Shown: in pieces, positions 1 to 13,400 of the stretch
How positions within the stretch are numbered: the stretch's first letter is position 1
Layout: the number at the start of each line of letters is the position of its first letter
Source: Podospora anserina
Taxonomy: Eukaryota
Direction of reading: 5' to 3'
Assembly: GCA_017654855.1 (NCBI GenBank)
Contig: CM030334.1
Location: 4,030,001-4,094,000, forward strand
Length of the DNA stretch: 64,000 nt
Position numbers and translations under genes: made by a program
The notes under the pieces: model-generated
What the model saw: the letters and a program-made list of their open reading frames with translations, nothing else
Databases searched by the model: none
Told to the model about the DNA's origin: nothing

Positions 1-2139
1 AGCCCTGCTTGATCACCTCGGCCACTTGCAGACTGGTCAACTGCCCCCCGGTTCTCTTGCCCTTGACCGCTTTGGATCCATCAGTTCCCAGCATCTCCTT
101 GTAGTGGACACTGACGCTGACAAGCGTATCGATGGAGTTGCTCGCCCTGTTGGCCAGCCCGTAGGTATCTCTAAACTTCACCAGCACCTCCCCCGTTTCG
201 ACAACCTTGTAAAACAGATCGTCGTACGCTGCCGGTGTGGGTAAGAATGTCTCACCGGCCGACAGTCCCAAGGCGAGCAAATTGACCACATGATCCAACA
301 GCGTGTTGATGTGACTCAGCCCCTTGAGATCAGAGGCATATGTTGTCAGGAATCGGATCAGGCTGAGTAGAGACCGAAACAGGTCAGCCCAGTGGTACTG
401 CAGCCGTGTTCGCGACCGGGACATGTAGCTAATGATTCGCAGCAGAATGCCGACACACAGCGTGTAGAGGCCGACGTCCAGTCTGCGTCGCAGATTGTGG
501 TTGATGGCGTCAATCATGGTGTCCATGACAGCTGTGGCAATCACTCTCTCGGACCGCACCAGCGGCAAATAAGGGGATCGTTGCCGGCAAAGCCTCACCG
601 GCACTTTGCTTTCGTCTGAACACATCCTTTTGCATAGGACAGGGTCCTCAATCAGTAACCGGAACACCATCAGGTTGAGGTGACAATACAAGGTTGTTCT
701 CTGGGAGAGGTGGGCGTGCTGGAGGAGGTAGGACGTGAGAGAAATGAAGTTTGCAAACGGGGAGTCTTCCCCCTTTTCCGACCTTGGGGCACCGGTCACC
801 AGCTCCAGACTGAACAGCTTGTTGGCGTGAGAAAAATCATATGTGGCAAGCAAGACGGCAGCTTCCTCTCCCGGCCTACAAGATCATTAGCAATATTTTC
901 CCACAACTAGAAACAGACGTGCACTCACAGCTCGGCAAACATTCTTTTGGCAGTGTCTGCGTCGTAGACCGGTTTGGGCGGGGGCTTTCCCCCTGGCGCA
1001 ATAGCCCCTAGCCCAATCTTGTTGAGCGTGTTGGCCAGCGTCCATCCTTCTGGTAGGTCTTCTTGGACATCGATATACTGATCCCGGAGCTTCTGGCACG
1101 TCTTGCCCACGCCCTTGACGATATCCTTGATGACCCGCTCGTTGACAAAATCGTTCAAGCGCATTTGATAAGGGTTTTGAAACTCAAACTTGTTGTAGTT
1201 GGCCAGCAGTCCAAGCAGCATGAACGGCCTCGTTATCCTCGTCTCGTCGCCAGAAGTTTCCAGTGAAGATTGTGATTGAATACACTGTCTCGGTCAGCAC
1301 CACGGCCCTTTCACATCAGGAGTTTAGTAACATACGCTTATTATCGCTGGGAACAGATCCCTCTGAATAAAGTACGTGAGCAAGCTCGTTTGATACGCCC
1401 CCGAGGACACGGCGAGCGCCAGTTCCACCGCCCGTTGCTGCAAATCGGCTGTATAAGTGCAGTTGGATTTCCCCTTTCGCTGCTGCTGCTGCTGCTGTGG
1501 TTCCTGTCCATCCGCCGGCTGCCTTTTGTCCTGCGCATGACCAACCCCATGTGGGCAACACTCTACCCCTGGGCCCCTTCCATTGCGTATGAGGCCCTCC
1601 AGCGCTGCGACAAAGTCCCCAAACACGGTATCGATCTGATCCAGCCCGGCCAAAACCTCAATGATATCCGAGCTCGGGTTTGTGTACCGTTTTGCAAGCA
1701 CGCAAGTCATGAACGTGGACAAGGTGTCGAGTGCATGCAGATCCCCGACTCCATATGGCCGTCGCAACGCCTGTACCGCCTTGATGAATAGTTGCCTTGT
1801 CTGGGTCGACAGATGGAGTAAATCGCCGACTGGGGTCTCGTCGAGCATGCGCCTCAAGCTGGCGCGGTCGGGCCGCAGGAGAAAGAACTCCTTCCAGAAG
1901 CCTTCGGGCTTTTCGGCCGGTGCATCTTCATCGTCCTTTTGGCACACAGTCTGTCAACCTCTGCGTCTGATAATTCGGTCACTCGGGGCTAACCTGTGAA
2001 CCGGGACAAGTATCAGCTGTTGTTCCTCACCAGGCACCCACCGCTGGGGACGAACCTTGAATAGGGCTTCATAGAGCCGGACGATTTTGGGCTGGAAAAC
2101 CTCGGGCCGGGGCTGGTGTGTTAGGGGAGAAGGCTCCAT
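1..2139 (-). CDS. ARMH3/UPF0668 (DUF1741)-like armadillo-helical protein; 3' end runs off the window
   Basis: Spliced ORF MEPSPLTHQPRPEVFQPKIVRLYEALFK|DDEDAPAEKPEGFWKEFFLL...LLANYNKFEFQNPY...HYWADLFRSLLSL. Intron 2055-1936 plus two more GT-AG introns near 1335-1285 and 929-876. Frame stays open towards position 1. Family assigned from recalled motifs. Confidence 0.8.
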
Positions 2140-2928
2140 GGGTTTACATATAACTTCCCGCAGTCAACTCGGCTGTGGTCGGTCGAGAATTGGGGTACGA
2201 GCGGTCGTGGTTGGGGTCGGGATTCGGGACAGCGTCGCGTTCGGTCGGGAACCCGCCAATCTGGCTCCCTGTCTCCGTCATCAAAGAAACGGAGAACACA
2301 GTGCGCGTCAGTTAGGTGGGGCTGCTATTTTTGGGCGCTTCTTGGCGGTGACGGGACAGTGCGGGCGAAACAACCGACAACCGCCTCATTCTCATAGGGC
2401 TGAAGACAAGCCGGTGAAGAATTAGACTCAATACATGACCATGTTTACCAGAACTGTCAAACTTATCAGGTGCGCCCCTTCTCAATAACCAACATGATCC
2501 GACCATGTCCGATCAGTCTCCTTGTTCTTTTCTCCGCCACCTCCACGCCCGTTTGGATACATACACGCACCTTTTTTTGTTTCTACAGTACGTCTATCCC
2601 CGTAGAGTTCTTGTGTATACCAATGCCCAGTGGCAACAAGCCGCCATTGCTGTTTCTGTTTAATCCACATCTCAGTTTGTGCCGAACCTCTACCACCACA
2701 AAAGGCCCAAAAATGTTGAAAGGACAGATCGTAGCCGCCACCGACCCATTTCCCCCGGCAAAGAGATAACAGCAAGCTCAAAACAAAAGTGTCGCTAGTG
2801 AATATTCCAAAATGCCTAGGCTATGAGAAAGACAGTAAAGGATTGTAAACTCGAAATGTGAGTGTTGGGTTAGATGTAGAAAAAAACAGCCCGCTATTAA
2901 ACGCCCCAGGGAAAGCAAAGAAAAAAAG

Positions 2929-4974
2929 TCAAATCCCCCAGCTTCCCCTCCGCTCGCGCACACCCCAGGCCAAGGGGCTGATGGCGTTCAGGTCCGGATG
3001 TTGCCGGGCCCACTCATAGATGTAGAGCTTCAGCGCCTTCCATCTTGGACACCTGTCCTCCTCCTTGACATTGTCCTGCTCTTCGCTATCGAGCATGATA
3101 TGTCCGGTGGCCTTGATCCTCTTCCCGTCCGCCCTTCTCGGACCAGAGTCCTCACTGTTCTGGGACTGCGAGCCAGAGGATTGAGAATTGCCGTGGGCTT
3201 CTGCGCCCCACAGATCCTCCATGATGGCGTCGTCGTCCCTTTCCAGTTCCTGCACGGGAATCCGGCTGATCTTGCTCAGCTCCTCATCGTAGAGCCTAGC
3301 CGTGGCCGGGTATCCAAGAGACAAGTAATTGTACACCTGCGTCACAAACTTGTCATCAAACTCGGCGGCAATCTTCTCCTCGAGGTCAGCCACAGCCTTC
3401 TCTTGCTTCAGTTTCTCGTCCAGGTTGTGCAGGTTGTGGAGCATGTGAAGGCCCTTGGGTGCGTTGTTCTTGGTTCGGTGCTCGGGAACGACCAGACCCC
3501 CATTCGCCGACTGTGGTTTCTTTTGGAGCTGAATAGAGCCTCCTCCTGGGATATGCAGACTGTCGGCCCTCGAACCAACCGGCGTCGGCTCCTCGCTCAG
3601 TTCGACTGGAGCAGTTCCAAAAGCCTGGTCAAATGGATCTGTGTTGCTTGCGTCGGGCATGGGCGTCGTGATCATCAGCGGCCTGTCCACATGAGCAATC
3701 TTTTCGTTTTGGTTGCTCGTGTAGCAGTAACCGCGCCAGAGGCCATGCTGTTCTGTCGGGTCACGGTGCTGGTCCTCCAGCGTCGTTCCCGTCTCCAGAT
3801 CCCACAAATGATCCGGCTCCAGCTTGGTCTGCTTCGGGGACGGGCACTTTCTAAACGTTAGATCCTGGCCGAGCATGGGAGGTGATTTTTTCAGTCGCAA
3901 CCGATGGGCGGCCCTCGCCCTCTCCAGGGACATGTCTCTCTCCTGGCCGTAGGGGTTGAAAGGTGCATGGTGCCCAAAAGATGTTTCCGGAGGTATACGC
4001 GAGGCCGGGGCATAAGGCATGTCGCCAGCCTTGCCAGCAGGCGCCGAGGGTATGTACGGCATGAAGCTCTCGCCGATGGGTCGGACCGGGGGAGAGTCTG
4101 GCTCCATGTTGGGCATGCGACTCTCTCCAGTGGGCGGCAGAGGCGACTCGGCACGGAGCAAGGGCATATGAGTCTCTCCAATGGCCACCAGCGAGCCTGA
4201 TGACGGCCGTGGCCTCCACAGGGGAGAGTTGGCTATGGACGACCTCTGTCTGCTCGTCAAATCTATGGCATCGCTAGGGACATCAATGCTCATCTTGTCC
4301 AGGTCCAACGTGTCTATCCGACTCATGTCACGCTGCCTGTGGGCATTCACCATTTGTGCATGCTCTTGCATCTCCTTGAAGGCCCAGCTAATGTCCTCCT
4401 CGGACGAGTTGCGTCTCGAGTGCATGGGATTCCATGGGCCCCTCGTCAAAGGTCTCCCGCGGGGCCCGTCGTCTTCTGACCCTTCCCTGACATAGAAATG
4501 TTCGGCACCGCCTATGCGCTGGCCGCTGTTGGGGAACGCGCTCATGGCAATGTCCTGGAGCTTCCTTTGAGCATCGCGGGCCACGAGATCAAACAAGGGG
4601 CCGGCAATCTCATCATCACACGATTCGCGCCGGGCATGAGCCCTCTGTCTCTCGGGGCTTGCTGGGATGGATCCATGGCTTCGTTTCCTTCGGGGTTTGG
4701 GGGCGTAAATGTGATTTGTGTAGGGTGTGATATCTGTCCTGTCTGTCGGACGGGTGGCTGGGCCTTCGTCTCCGACTCGCCTAGATCTTCGGACCGAGGA
4801 CTCTACCAGTTGCGGCGCAAACTTGCGTCGCTCTCGCGGAGGTGGTGATGGCGACCTCGGGGATGGACTCGGGGTCAGCTCGTTGGGCGGTATGGACTTT
4901 CGATAGCGTTCAAAGGTGGTCTCTATCAATTTGGGTGCGAACTTTGGCCCCGGCCGATCTTTGGTGTTGGCCAT
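2929..4974 (-). CDS. Conserved fungal hypothetical protein (681 aa, largely disordered, conserved-looking C-terminus)
   Basis: Long ORF with repeated KFAP.L.E.[ST] motifs and C-terminal FVTQVYNYLSLGYPATAR...CPRWKALKLYIYEWAR...WGVRERRGSWG. A canonical intron at 5090-5035 lies upstream. Confidence 0.8.
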   Translation of the reverse strand: MANTKDRPGPKFAPKLIETTFERYRKSIPPNELTPSPSPRSPSPPPRERRKFAPQLVESSVRRSRRVGDEGPATRPTDRTDITPYTNHIYAPKPRRKRSHGSIPASPERQRAHARRESCDDEIAGPLFDLVARDAQRKLQDIAMSAFPNSGQRIGGAEHFYVREGSEDDGPRGRPLTRGPWNPMHSRRNSSEEDISWAFKEMQEHAQMVNAHRQRDMSRIDTLDLDKMSIDVPSDAIDLTSRQRSSIANSPLWRPRPSSGSLVAIGETHMPLLRAESPLPPTGESRMPNMEPDSPPVRPIGESFMPYIPSAPAGKAGDMPYAPASRIPPETSFGHHAPFNPYGQERDMSLERARAAHRLRLKKSPPMLGQDLTFRKCPSPKQTKLEPDHLWDLETGTTLEDQHRDPTEQHGLWRGYCYTSNQNEKIAHVDRPLMITTPMPDASNTDPFDQAFGTAPVELSEEPTPVGSRADSLHIPGGGSIQLQKKPQSANGGLVVPEHRTKNNAPKGLHMLHNLHNLDEKLKQEKAVADLEEKIAAEFDDKFVTQVYNYLSLGYPATARLYDEELSKISRIPVQELERDDDAIMEDLWGAEAHGNSQSSGSQSQNSEDSGPRRADGKRIKATGHIMLDSEEQDNVKEEDRCPRWKALKLYIYEWARQHPDLNAISPLAWGVRERRGSWGI

Positions 4975-7622
4975 TACAGGTTCTGATTGGAACCACCGGG
5001 TGGAGTTACACCATGCGTTCAGTACTCTACTGGGCTGTCGAGTTAGTCTTGACGGTCAAGGGAAACAGGAGGGCAGGAGGGCGCACCCACCAACCACGTT
5101 TTGGAATGTTGGATGACTTCAGGTCCCGTCGTGAATCATGAAGCTCTGGCACAAGAACAGGCCAGCGGCGCGGCACACCCAGACGGCTTCCAACTTGATT
5201 TGTATGCCGTGAGCGGGGGCGAGTCGGCAGAGGGATGCGAGGATTCGGAGGAGGCGGTCACAGAAGCTGAGGCGGGTATTGCAACATTGCTGGAGCGATG
5301 TCCGTGGTGCGTGGGCCACGATAGCAGCAGCCACGCAGCCAACACCAGCGCTTACCGCAGCTGGCAGAAAGTGGGCGGGAGACCCCAGAGTGGGATGAAT
5401 GGTGGGGCATTGCCCATGTCGCTGCACTGTGCGAAGAAGCCACTGCGGAACACAGTCGGACCCGCGTGATCCATTGGCCGGGCGTATTTCAAGCCACAGC
5501 TGCCACACACTTGGCCATCCGCACCGTATGCTTATCGTTCGCACACCGTCACTGTACAGATGCACCCCAAATCCAGCACCTGAGATCAAGCAAACAGCGG
5601 GGTGCGAGCTGCAGTCTCTATCCATGTCGTCCTGCCTTGCGAGCTTGAAGCCTGACATCATTCACCGGTAATCGCATCTTTTCTGACTGCTGTTGGCTCA
5701 TCAACCTGGGAACTGGAGAGCAATAACGATCACAAGCCCTGGCGCACTCAAAGGGACTGACTATCAGGGTCCACAAAGAACCAAGGAGATCTCCTTTGAC
5801 ATCTAACAAAGTACAAAGTAGACTCACCGTCTGTCTCCCTAGGTAGGCGGTGTCGGCTCAGCTCCCCTACGGGCCAGCGCATGTTTTGACTTTTTAGGTC
5901 AAGTGACGCTCAAGTGCCCGTCCGGTGCCCGTCGCAGTCTTTACGGAATGGAAATGGTCAATTTCAGGGTCCAAGTCGGTGAGGGTGCGCTGGCTTCACC
6001 CAGCCTTGGCTCGCCCGTCCTTTATCCTTCGGCGAGTCTCGAGGACTTCCCCGTCCTCTGTTCGGTACCATGCTGGTGGCTTCAGGGACCAAGCCGCTAG
6101 AGAAACCCGCCTCCATTTCAACGGGCACTATCGGGTGACGCTCCACTATCAAAACCCGAGCCCGTGAGCGGTGGGCAACTCTGGTTGTCAAGAAACTCGA
6201 AATCACGCAACACAGCCCAGAAGTCGGCTTGGAAAAAGTTACTGCCAGTTTCGACGTGAGAGGAGACAGTCTTCCGCCCGTCCATCACCCTTGGTCTCTA
6301 GGCTCGTGACATCTGAGGTGAGATAAACCCGCGCGGGGGTGCAACCCCCACACAGAGTCGCCCGTTTCTTGACCACACCGCCCACCCTCGCCAACCTTAA
6401 TACCCCTGTCCGGTTGGAAGGGTGGAAGGGTCCTCAACCGCCACCAGCCAAGAGAGCTTACCTTCACCAAGTCCCGATCGCCGATAGCCGACTAACACTA
6501 CAAAACGACAGCTCACACACTTCAAGTAGTGTACCTACCTACCCAAGCCCCCAAGAACAATATGTTCATCTCATGTTTGCCAATGTCACGATGCCGCCAG
6601 AAAACACTGCCATTCGGTCAGCCACACGCAGTGAAAGACCTTCCCGTGACTGGGCCAGATTTTCTTGTGGCTGTCTCTTATTGGAGATGATGCAAAGGAA
6701 CTTATGCAGCATCCCCTGCCGGGCATATAGACACTGCACACCTCCCTCCTTAGGTCACCAACAACAGTTTGACCCCACAGGCCACTTTTCGCAGTTCCTC
6801 CAATACACTCCGGCCGGCCCAATCGGCAGGATGGCGTCCCCGGGGTCGGGTGTCCTGATATACTCCGGTTATCCCCTTGGATCTCCATACGGAGCACTGG
6901 GACGCAGACACTTTCTCGCCTCTGAGTAAGCAACATATCCAATGTAGAAGCAGCGAGCGGCCAGTAGTATATGTAGTATCCCCAAACCAATGACCTCAGC
7001 CCAGAAAACCCGCTTTTTACCCCAGACTCTTGGCCGCTACGAGATCGTTTTTTGGCATTTTGCGGGGAAGTGGCAAATGGCGTTAAACAGTTGGTTGTAT
7101 CTCACGTCCCTTGTCGTTTATGATGGCGCCTGGCCGGGAAGACGGCATACCCGACACGGATTATGGCCGACACGAGACGTGCTAGTGCTATGCGGATATC
7201 CGATATTCACATTCCACCATCAAGGCCCGATGGCTTGGTCTCTCTGGAGCGAGTGTCATTGAGAAGACAAGTACACAGAAATATAGAGACCCCAGCGTGT
7301 AATCGCCTCTCAGGACATGATATCTGACTCCCTAAAGCTGCCTCACTCGGGGACTTTCGTTATCTTCAGAAGTCTATCAACTCTGTTTACTATCTATGTA
7401 GATGGCATCATTGAGCGTTCTCCTCCCAAATAGCAGTCTCGGTTATTCGGGTGTTAATATAACATGATAGGAAAGGTATTCGAGATGCATAGAATAATCA
7501 TGGCTGACTCACATGCTGTGAGCCTAGCTTCTCGTAACGGTGCCCATCAACGTGTTACGTCGCATGGCTCTCCGTTTTTTTTGCGTATTACAAGAGACTC
7601 CAATCTAGGTACATAGGTAGGT

Positions 7623-8402
7623 ATGATGTCTTGGAGTGAGAAGAGTGTTGTTGACGATGTGCGATCAATACTATGAACAAAACGGGAAATAGTATCTCGA
7701 GACTTTTCGAATATATCGTTATCGATGTGCTGTTCAGGGCACTTGGCAATGTCATCCTGTCTTGAACTCCTCTCGAGTCGTTCGTGATACTTCAAGACCA
7801 ATCACCAAGGCAGGTTGACTCGACTGCCTGGAGGCTGCTACTCTGGAGTGGTTTCACTTTTCAAGTATGGATTAGCTAGATATGTGATGATCCTCCGCAT
7901 TTACTGCCACCCAGACAGAGTGCCACAAAGACACGGATGTCGGTTTGAAGATGCGACCACAGTGCGCAATGAACTATTCAGCCACAACCACCACTTCCTA
8001 TCAGATCTGAAATACAAGAGAAGCCTGTCCCCTTCCCATGCAGAAGGTCTTCGGCCTATACACATCTACGCGGCGTAGTGATAAGTGCGCTGGTTAGAAT
8101 TCTTATCACAGTTTTAAACGATTATGACTTGTTCAGACCTGGCGAGCATTCCCTCTACTCAACCTGAATTCAGTGTCCGGCATTACAATGGTTCATCAAG
8201 ACGATATCACAGACGCCACAGTCATACTGCGTCAGACACATATGGGTTGGAAATGAGGATGGAAAGATGGCGTCGACGGGAAAGGAGATTAGATGAACTT
8301 TGTGGACCAGGAGGACTCAGGAGGCGTGCTTCCCGGCGTCGGATAGATAGAATTGTCAAATGCGGTGACACCATCACGCAAAGGATAGTATGTACAGCAT
8401 GA
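7623..8402 (+). pseudogene. Possible decayed ankyrin-repeat gene remnant
   Basis: Consecutive same-frame segments separated by stops (7674, 7785, 8076-8084, 8115). They give LSMCCSGHLAMSSCLELL...TNHQGRLT...GVVSLFKYG and AEGLRPIHIYAA, then in a shifted frame SALVRILIT, resembling the G-T-P-L-H-x-A-A...L-V-x-x-L-L ankyrin consensus. Confidence 0.3.
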
Positions 8403-10404
8403 ATTTGTGTATCATGAAGGCTACGAAAGTGTGTTCTCATGACCTCACTCCTTTTCCAAAGTTACAACGAGCGGACTGTCAGGTTAAGCCATGCTACCGT
8501 TGTTTCAATACAGGTAGTGACAACACAGTCACCTCTAGTAGAAGACTAGTAGAAGAGTTGAAGATTTGACGTCAGAAAGGAGGAATGATCATGACCACAT
8601 TGGCTGATGCAATCACGCGTGGAAGAACCACCCTTCATCTACAGCTGTCTTGCAAGCAATATGAGTACTGGGAGCAGCAGTCTTGTGCGCCTGAGGCTGA
8701 ATCATGGGTGGTCAACCAAAAGATAAGCCAACTTGGATTCGTTGAGAGTGCTCAACCGCTATCGAAAATGGGCCGGGTTGGGCGTTAATGTCTCAAGCGG
8801 TTGAGAGATTGCAATGTAACGGATGATTGAATGGTTGGTCCAAGGCTTGCTATCTACCGACGTTGACGCCACCACGTTCAACGCGCGCGATCTCTCAAGG
8901 GTCCGTGGGGGCACCGTCCAAGGCCTTGTGACAGCTGCAACCCTACCACCCGGAAACGTCTCTGAAAAACCACAGAAAGAGATGCTGGTCCTGGTTGTCG
9001 ATTGAAACGCGGCTCCAGACACGCTCGGATGCGTCTTCGATCACGAGCACGATTCCGGGAACGCCTGGCAGCTTCCCAGACTCTGGGAACCTAGGAATGG
9101 GGGTCAGCCCCTGGCTGTGCCAAGAGAATCTCTCCCGAATGTCGCGTGGCAGCGGATGACGGCGAGGCTTTTCAACCTGCTGGCTGATGCCAAGAGTAGA
9201 GATGTTGGTTCGGCTGGATAAAGCTGCAAGTCCTCGCATTGCTGCTGTGTTTTTGTCGACGAGAAAGACAGCGTGGAAAATGCTGTGACACGGCTGCAAA
9301 GATGTCAGGGGGTGGGTCACGATAAGCGGATGGCATATGATATGGACTATGAGTGGAGGATCTCGAGATGTCCATGGCCAGGGTCTTGAGCTTTGACGGG
9401 CCAAGACAGTTATCTACTACACAAAACTTTGCTGTCGAGAGACGGGAGCATGTCGTGCCAGTGCAGTCTGGCCGTCATGTCGCGTGTCTGGTTCGGCCAA
9501 TGCAAGACGGCGGCGAATGCCCGTTACCTATCTCTCCTCATGCCCCTGGCCAACCACGGATCGCGAGCCCGACAAAAGAACATCTCGGCAGCCAAGTTTC
9601 TCCCCGTCGTCTCCTGGATGCCAGGCGGGGCCAGCAAGATGGGCAAATGAGCTGAACGGTGGGCACCAGTGGCACCGTATTCAGGGGAGTCCCCGGCGGC
9701 GGAACAACGGGAAAAAGCTAAAATTGGGAGTGATGGAAATGCAATAAAGAACAGCCCCATTTTGCATGTTCGAGAACACGAAGGGGTCTCCTGATGACGG
9801 GTACCTGAAAGTCTTTGGAACTCTCTCGGGTCAGCATCACGGACCGCTGGTCGATACAGCTTGCCGAGCGCCCGTCTCGGCGAGGGTCGTGGTGCAACTC
9901 TGGGCCGATAAGCTTGGATCTGGCAGAGACAATGGTGGTTGCGATGGTTGTGGTGATGCAGGTCAAAAAACAGGATCGCTGATTCGCGGCCCACAGTGAC
10001 ACAAGCCCAAGACTTCAACGCTCCGCCAAACTGGATTCGCGAACCAGGATCCCTTTGATAGATGAAATTAAAATGAAATAAGCCCAGGAACCGACGACGG
10101 GCTGCTTAGTTTAGAAACACCAGATCCCGCCCTGGCCTTTTTCTTTCCTGCTGCATCATCTTATACCTACCTAGAACCCAGGACATGATAGACTGCTTGC
10201 CGTTCCATCAGTCGGCCTCGAGGACGTTTCTGCCGACGAGGACACACGACACAAGCGCACGAAAAGCGACCGACACCGAATCCTACATTGCACTAGGCGG
10301 CCCCTTTGCAGAACGGCGACCAACCGTGGCACACTAAGGGTAGCCCAGAGCGACGGGAGCAGAGCAGTACGCGGCCGTTCTGTCCATGCTCGTCCTCGTC
10401 CACT

Positions 10405-13400
10405 ATGGCGGCGTCAAGATATAACACTCTGCCGGCCGGCCAGGCTGATGACGACACGCCTGATCAACACGGCCAGCGCCCGCCGTTTTCCCCAGATTCC
10501 TTCGCCTCGCGCCTCTCGCCAACGTCGCAGTCCACCTCGACCAGCCTGGCCTCGCCCACCCAGTCGCCCAATCCCATGGCTCATGCGAGCTTGGCCGAAA
10601 AGACGTTTACTCCCCTCTCCATGAACGAAAGCGATTACCTGTCGGACCACTCGGCCACCGACCGCCTGCTGAGAAAAAAGTCGTCCTTCTCCCTCGAACA
10701 CGAATCGATGCTGAGCACCTCCAACACTTCCAGAGGCGAAACGTTTCTGCAGGTGGGCAGTGCCATTGGCAGAAGCAACAGTGTCAGCAGCACGTCCAGT
10801 GCCACGGCAGCTGGCCGGGGCGTGACGGTTGTCAGCTCCATGGTCCAATCGTTTGAAGCCCTGCACGCAGCAGTGGTTGAGAAAGAACGAGAACTGGCGG
10901 CCAAAAAGAGCAGTGCCAGTCTTCGCCCGTCTCTCGGTCCGGTGTCAAGGACAACATCGCCGGCTCCAAATGCAGACCTGACAGACGCAAGCCAGCACCA
11001 GCACCAGCACCAGCACCAGCAACACCTGGGGTCCAGTCTTGGCGGAGCTGTTGGCGCCACCGATACGACCATCGTGCCGCAGACAACCGACCCCCCAGCG
11101 CAAAATGCGAAGGCCGCCCCTGAGTCCCCGATCCGCTCCCCGATTTCAGTGACGGCCCAGACGCCCCTGATCCGACCGACTCCCACGACAATTCCTTCTC
11201 CCACCACCTCGATTGAATCGCCATTGCCCCGAACCTCTTCCACCGCGAGCATCAGCCTGACACACCCCACCCCAGACCTCAACAAGCGATCGCAGTCGGG
11301 CGCCTACCTCGGCAACATTGCCGCCCTCGAAGCCACGGCCGAGCGCCTGTCCATGACCAGTTCCATCGAAGTCGCCATTCGCGAAGAGCACAACGAGCTC
11401 AAGCGGTCCGAGAGTCGGAAGTCGTCGATTCTTCAACGTGCGAGGGGTACCTCAGCCGGCTCCGATTCTGGTTCGGCATTGCATCTCGGAAGCAGAAAGA
11501 ACTCGGTGGTGGAAACGAACAACGCAGCCCGTTTTGGCGGTTATGTCATGAGTCCCCAACATTCCTTGTCTGGCGCGTCGGCCCGTCTCCGCTCTGGCAG
11601 CAAGGCCAGCTCCAGTGGCTTGCCAGCTCCGGAGTCCGTTGCGCTTTCGTCTAGCCTGGAGAACGGCGAAGACTTTCCATTCATGTCTCGGAGTGGACCA
11701 GGAAAAGCGTCAACGAGAAGTGCGGCCAGCAAGCTGTCCCTTGCCGAGATTGCCGAACTGGAACACCCAACAGCCCTGACGCGGGATGCCATGGACCGAG
11801 CCGACCTGGGAGTGCCGGACAACGACGAGGAGGAGGAGAGGCGCATACTAGCGAGTGCCCACCAATATATTGAGCCAGAGTTCGCCGATGAGGGGGAAGG
11901 GGCGCGCACACCTCAGAATGAGAACCAAACCTTTCTGGATGATCCCGCCCCGCGGCTGCAGCTCCACCATCCCGACCAGTACTCGCAGTATTGGGACCAG
12001 AATAATGACCAGGCGAGAAGACCAACGACGGCCGCTTCCGTTACCACGTTTGATCAAGCTCAGACAGCGTTTGGTGACTTTGACGGCGTCCACTGTGACC
12101 CCGAAGCCGACCAGTTTGTGCCTCACCAGGAGCCTGAGCTGCCTCCGCCTCGGTCACAACAGCAACCGCAGCACCATGGCATCAACAATTCGTTGGGGCC
12201 CCGCCCGACATCATACTTTGACCCATCTACCGGGCAGCAAATGCTCTACTACCCAGCTCCGGTCCCCGCCATGCTCAATCTGCCACCAAAGTTGTCCAAA
12301 AAGCCCAAGGCGGGACCCAGAACCGCGAGGCGGTCCCAGGTCATGAGTGCGATGCCGATGGTGACAACGCGGGAATCACGGGTGTGGCTTCCTGATCCGA
12401 CTCATACTGTGGGCGGAGGTAGCCAGCACAACGTGCCCCTCATGCCGGAGCTCCTCGGCGGAGATTACGCTCCCCAGACATCAAATGCCGACGAGCTGGC
12501 GCCACCACAAGCGCCCGCCCTTGCTTCGGGCCACTCCAGGCACGCGTCCGAGGCGAGCACCATCCATCCGGCTGCTCCTGTTGTGGAAGAGCAACGAGAA
12601 TTCCGTCGTCCTCAACGTTTGACCGACAACCGCAAATCCCGGGCGACTGTATTGGACGGCTTGCCACCGCAGCTCCGTGCAAGTGCCTTTTTCGAGCTGC
12701 CCTCTACCCATCTCCCCAAGATTGAGGTCAAGGACGGATCTGCCATGGCGACGCTCGACAGCATCCTCGACGCCTCGGCCGCTGCGCCCGTCAGCGCTTT
12801 TACCGACCACGCCTTTGCCGGGGCCTTGGGTGATGAGGTGTATGGGACTGAGAAGAAGCGCAAATCAAAGAAGCCGCCCAAGAAGTCCGACGCAGAGCCT
12901 GTGGAGGAGGAGGTGGTGGCCAAGCCAAAACGAAAGACGCTTGTCAAGAGGAACTCGAGCTCGGCTCTACTTGACTACGACAACGAACCGAAGAAGAGAT
13001 CTAGTCGGTTTTCCCTTTTCCCGAGCAGAGGCGATGACGACGACAGCGATGACGATGACGAGCGGATCAGACGAAATGGTGATCGTTCACCCGGCGATGG
13101 CCCTCTGCAGTCTCCCAACCCCCTCGCCCCGGGTGCCGACGAAGAGTCCAGTGAACAATCCAGCGACGAGTCTAGTGAGAACGAAAGGTCTGTCTACAGA
13201 GGCCCGCCCACGACGCTGCTCGCAGAGTTGCAGATCCGGAAGCGCCAGAATCAGCAGCGAGTCAAGGACGGCACCCGGCTTCCCCGCGGCCAGCACGGCA
13301 CCACTCTTCTTGAACTGGACGCTGTTGCTCAGGTGGAACAGAAGACCAGGAAGGGCAAGCGTGTTAATCTCGCCTGGGAAGACCCAAGCGCCAACCCGTA

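Noticed and set aside
760-790. Suspected frameshift at a C5/T4 run in the DUF1741 gene (no ORF-track entry for the last exon)
   Set aside because: Base counting shows the frame is intact (SEKGEDSPFANF); the exon simply runs off the window.
8759-10018. Several short overlapping ORFs upstream of the large + strand gene
   Set aside because: No recognisable domain, splice structure or codon bias; treated as promoter or intergenic DNA.
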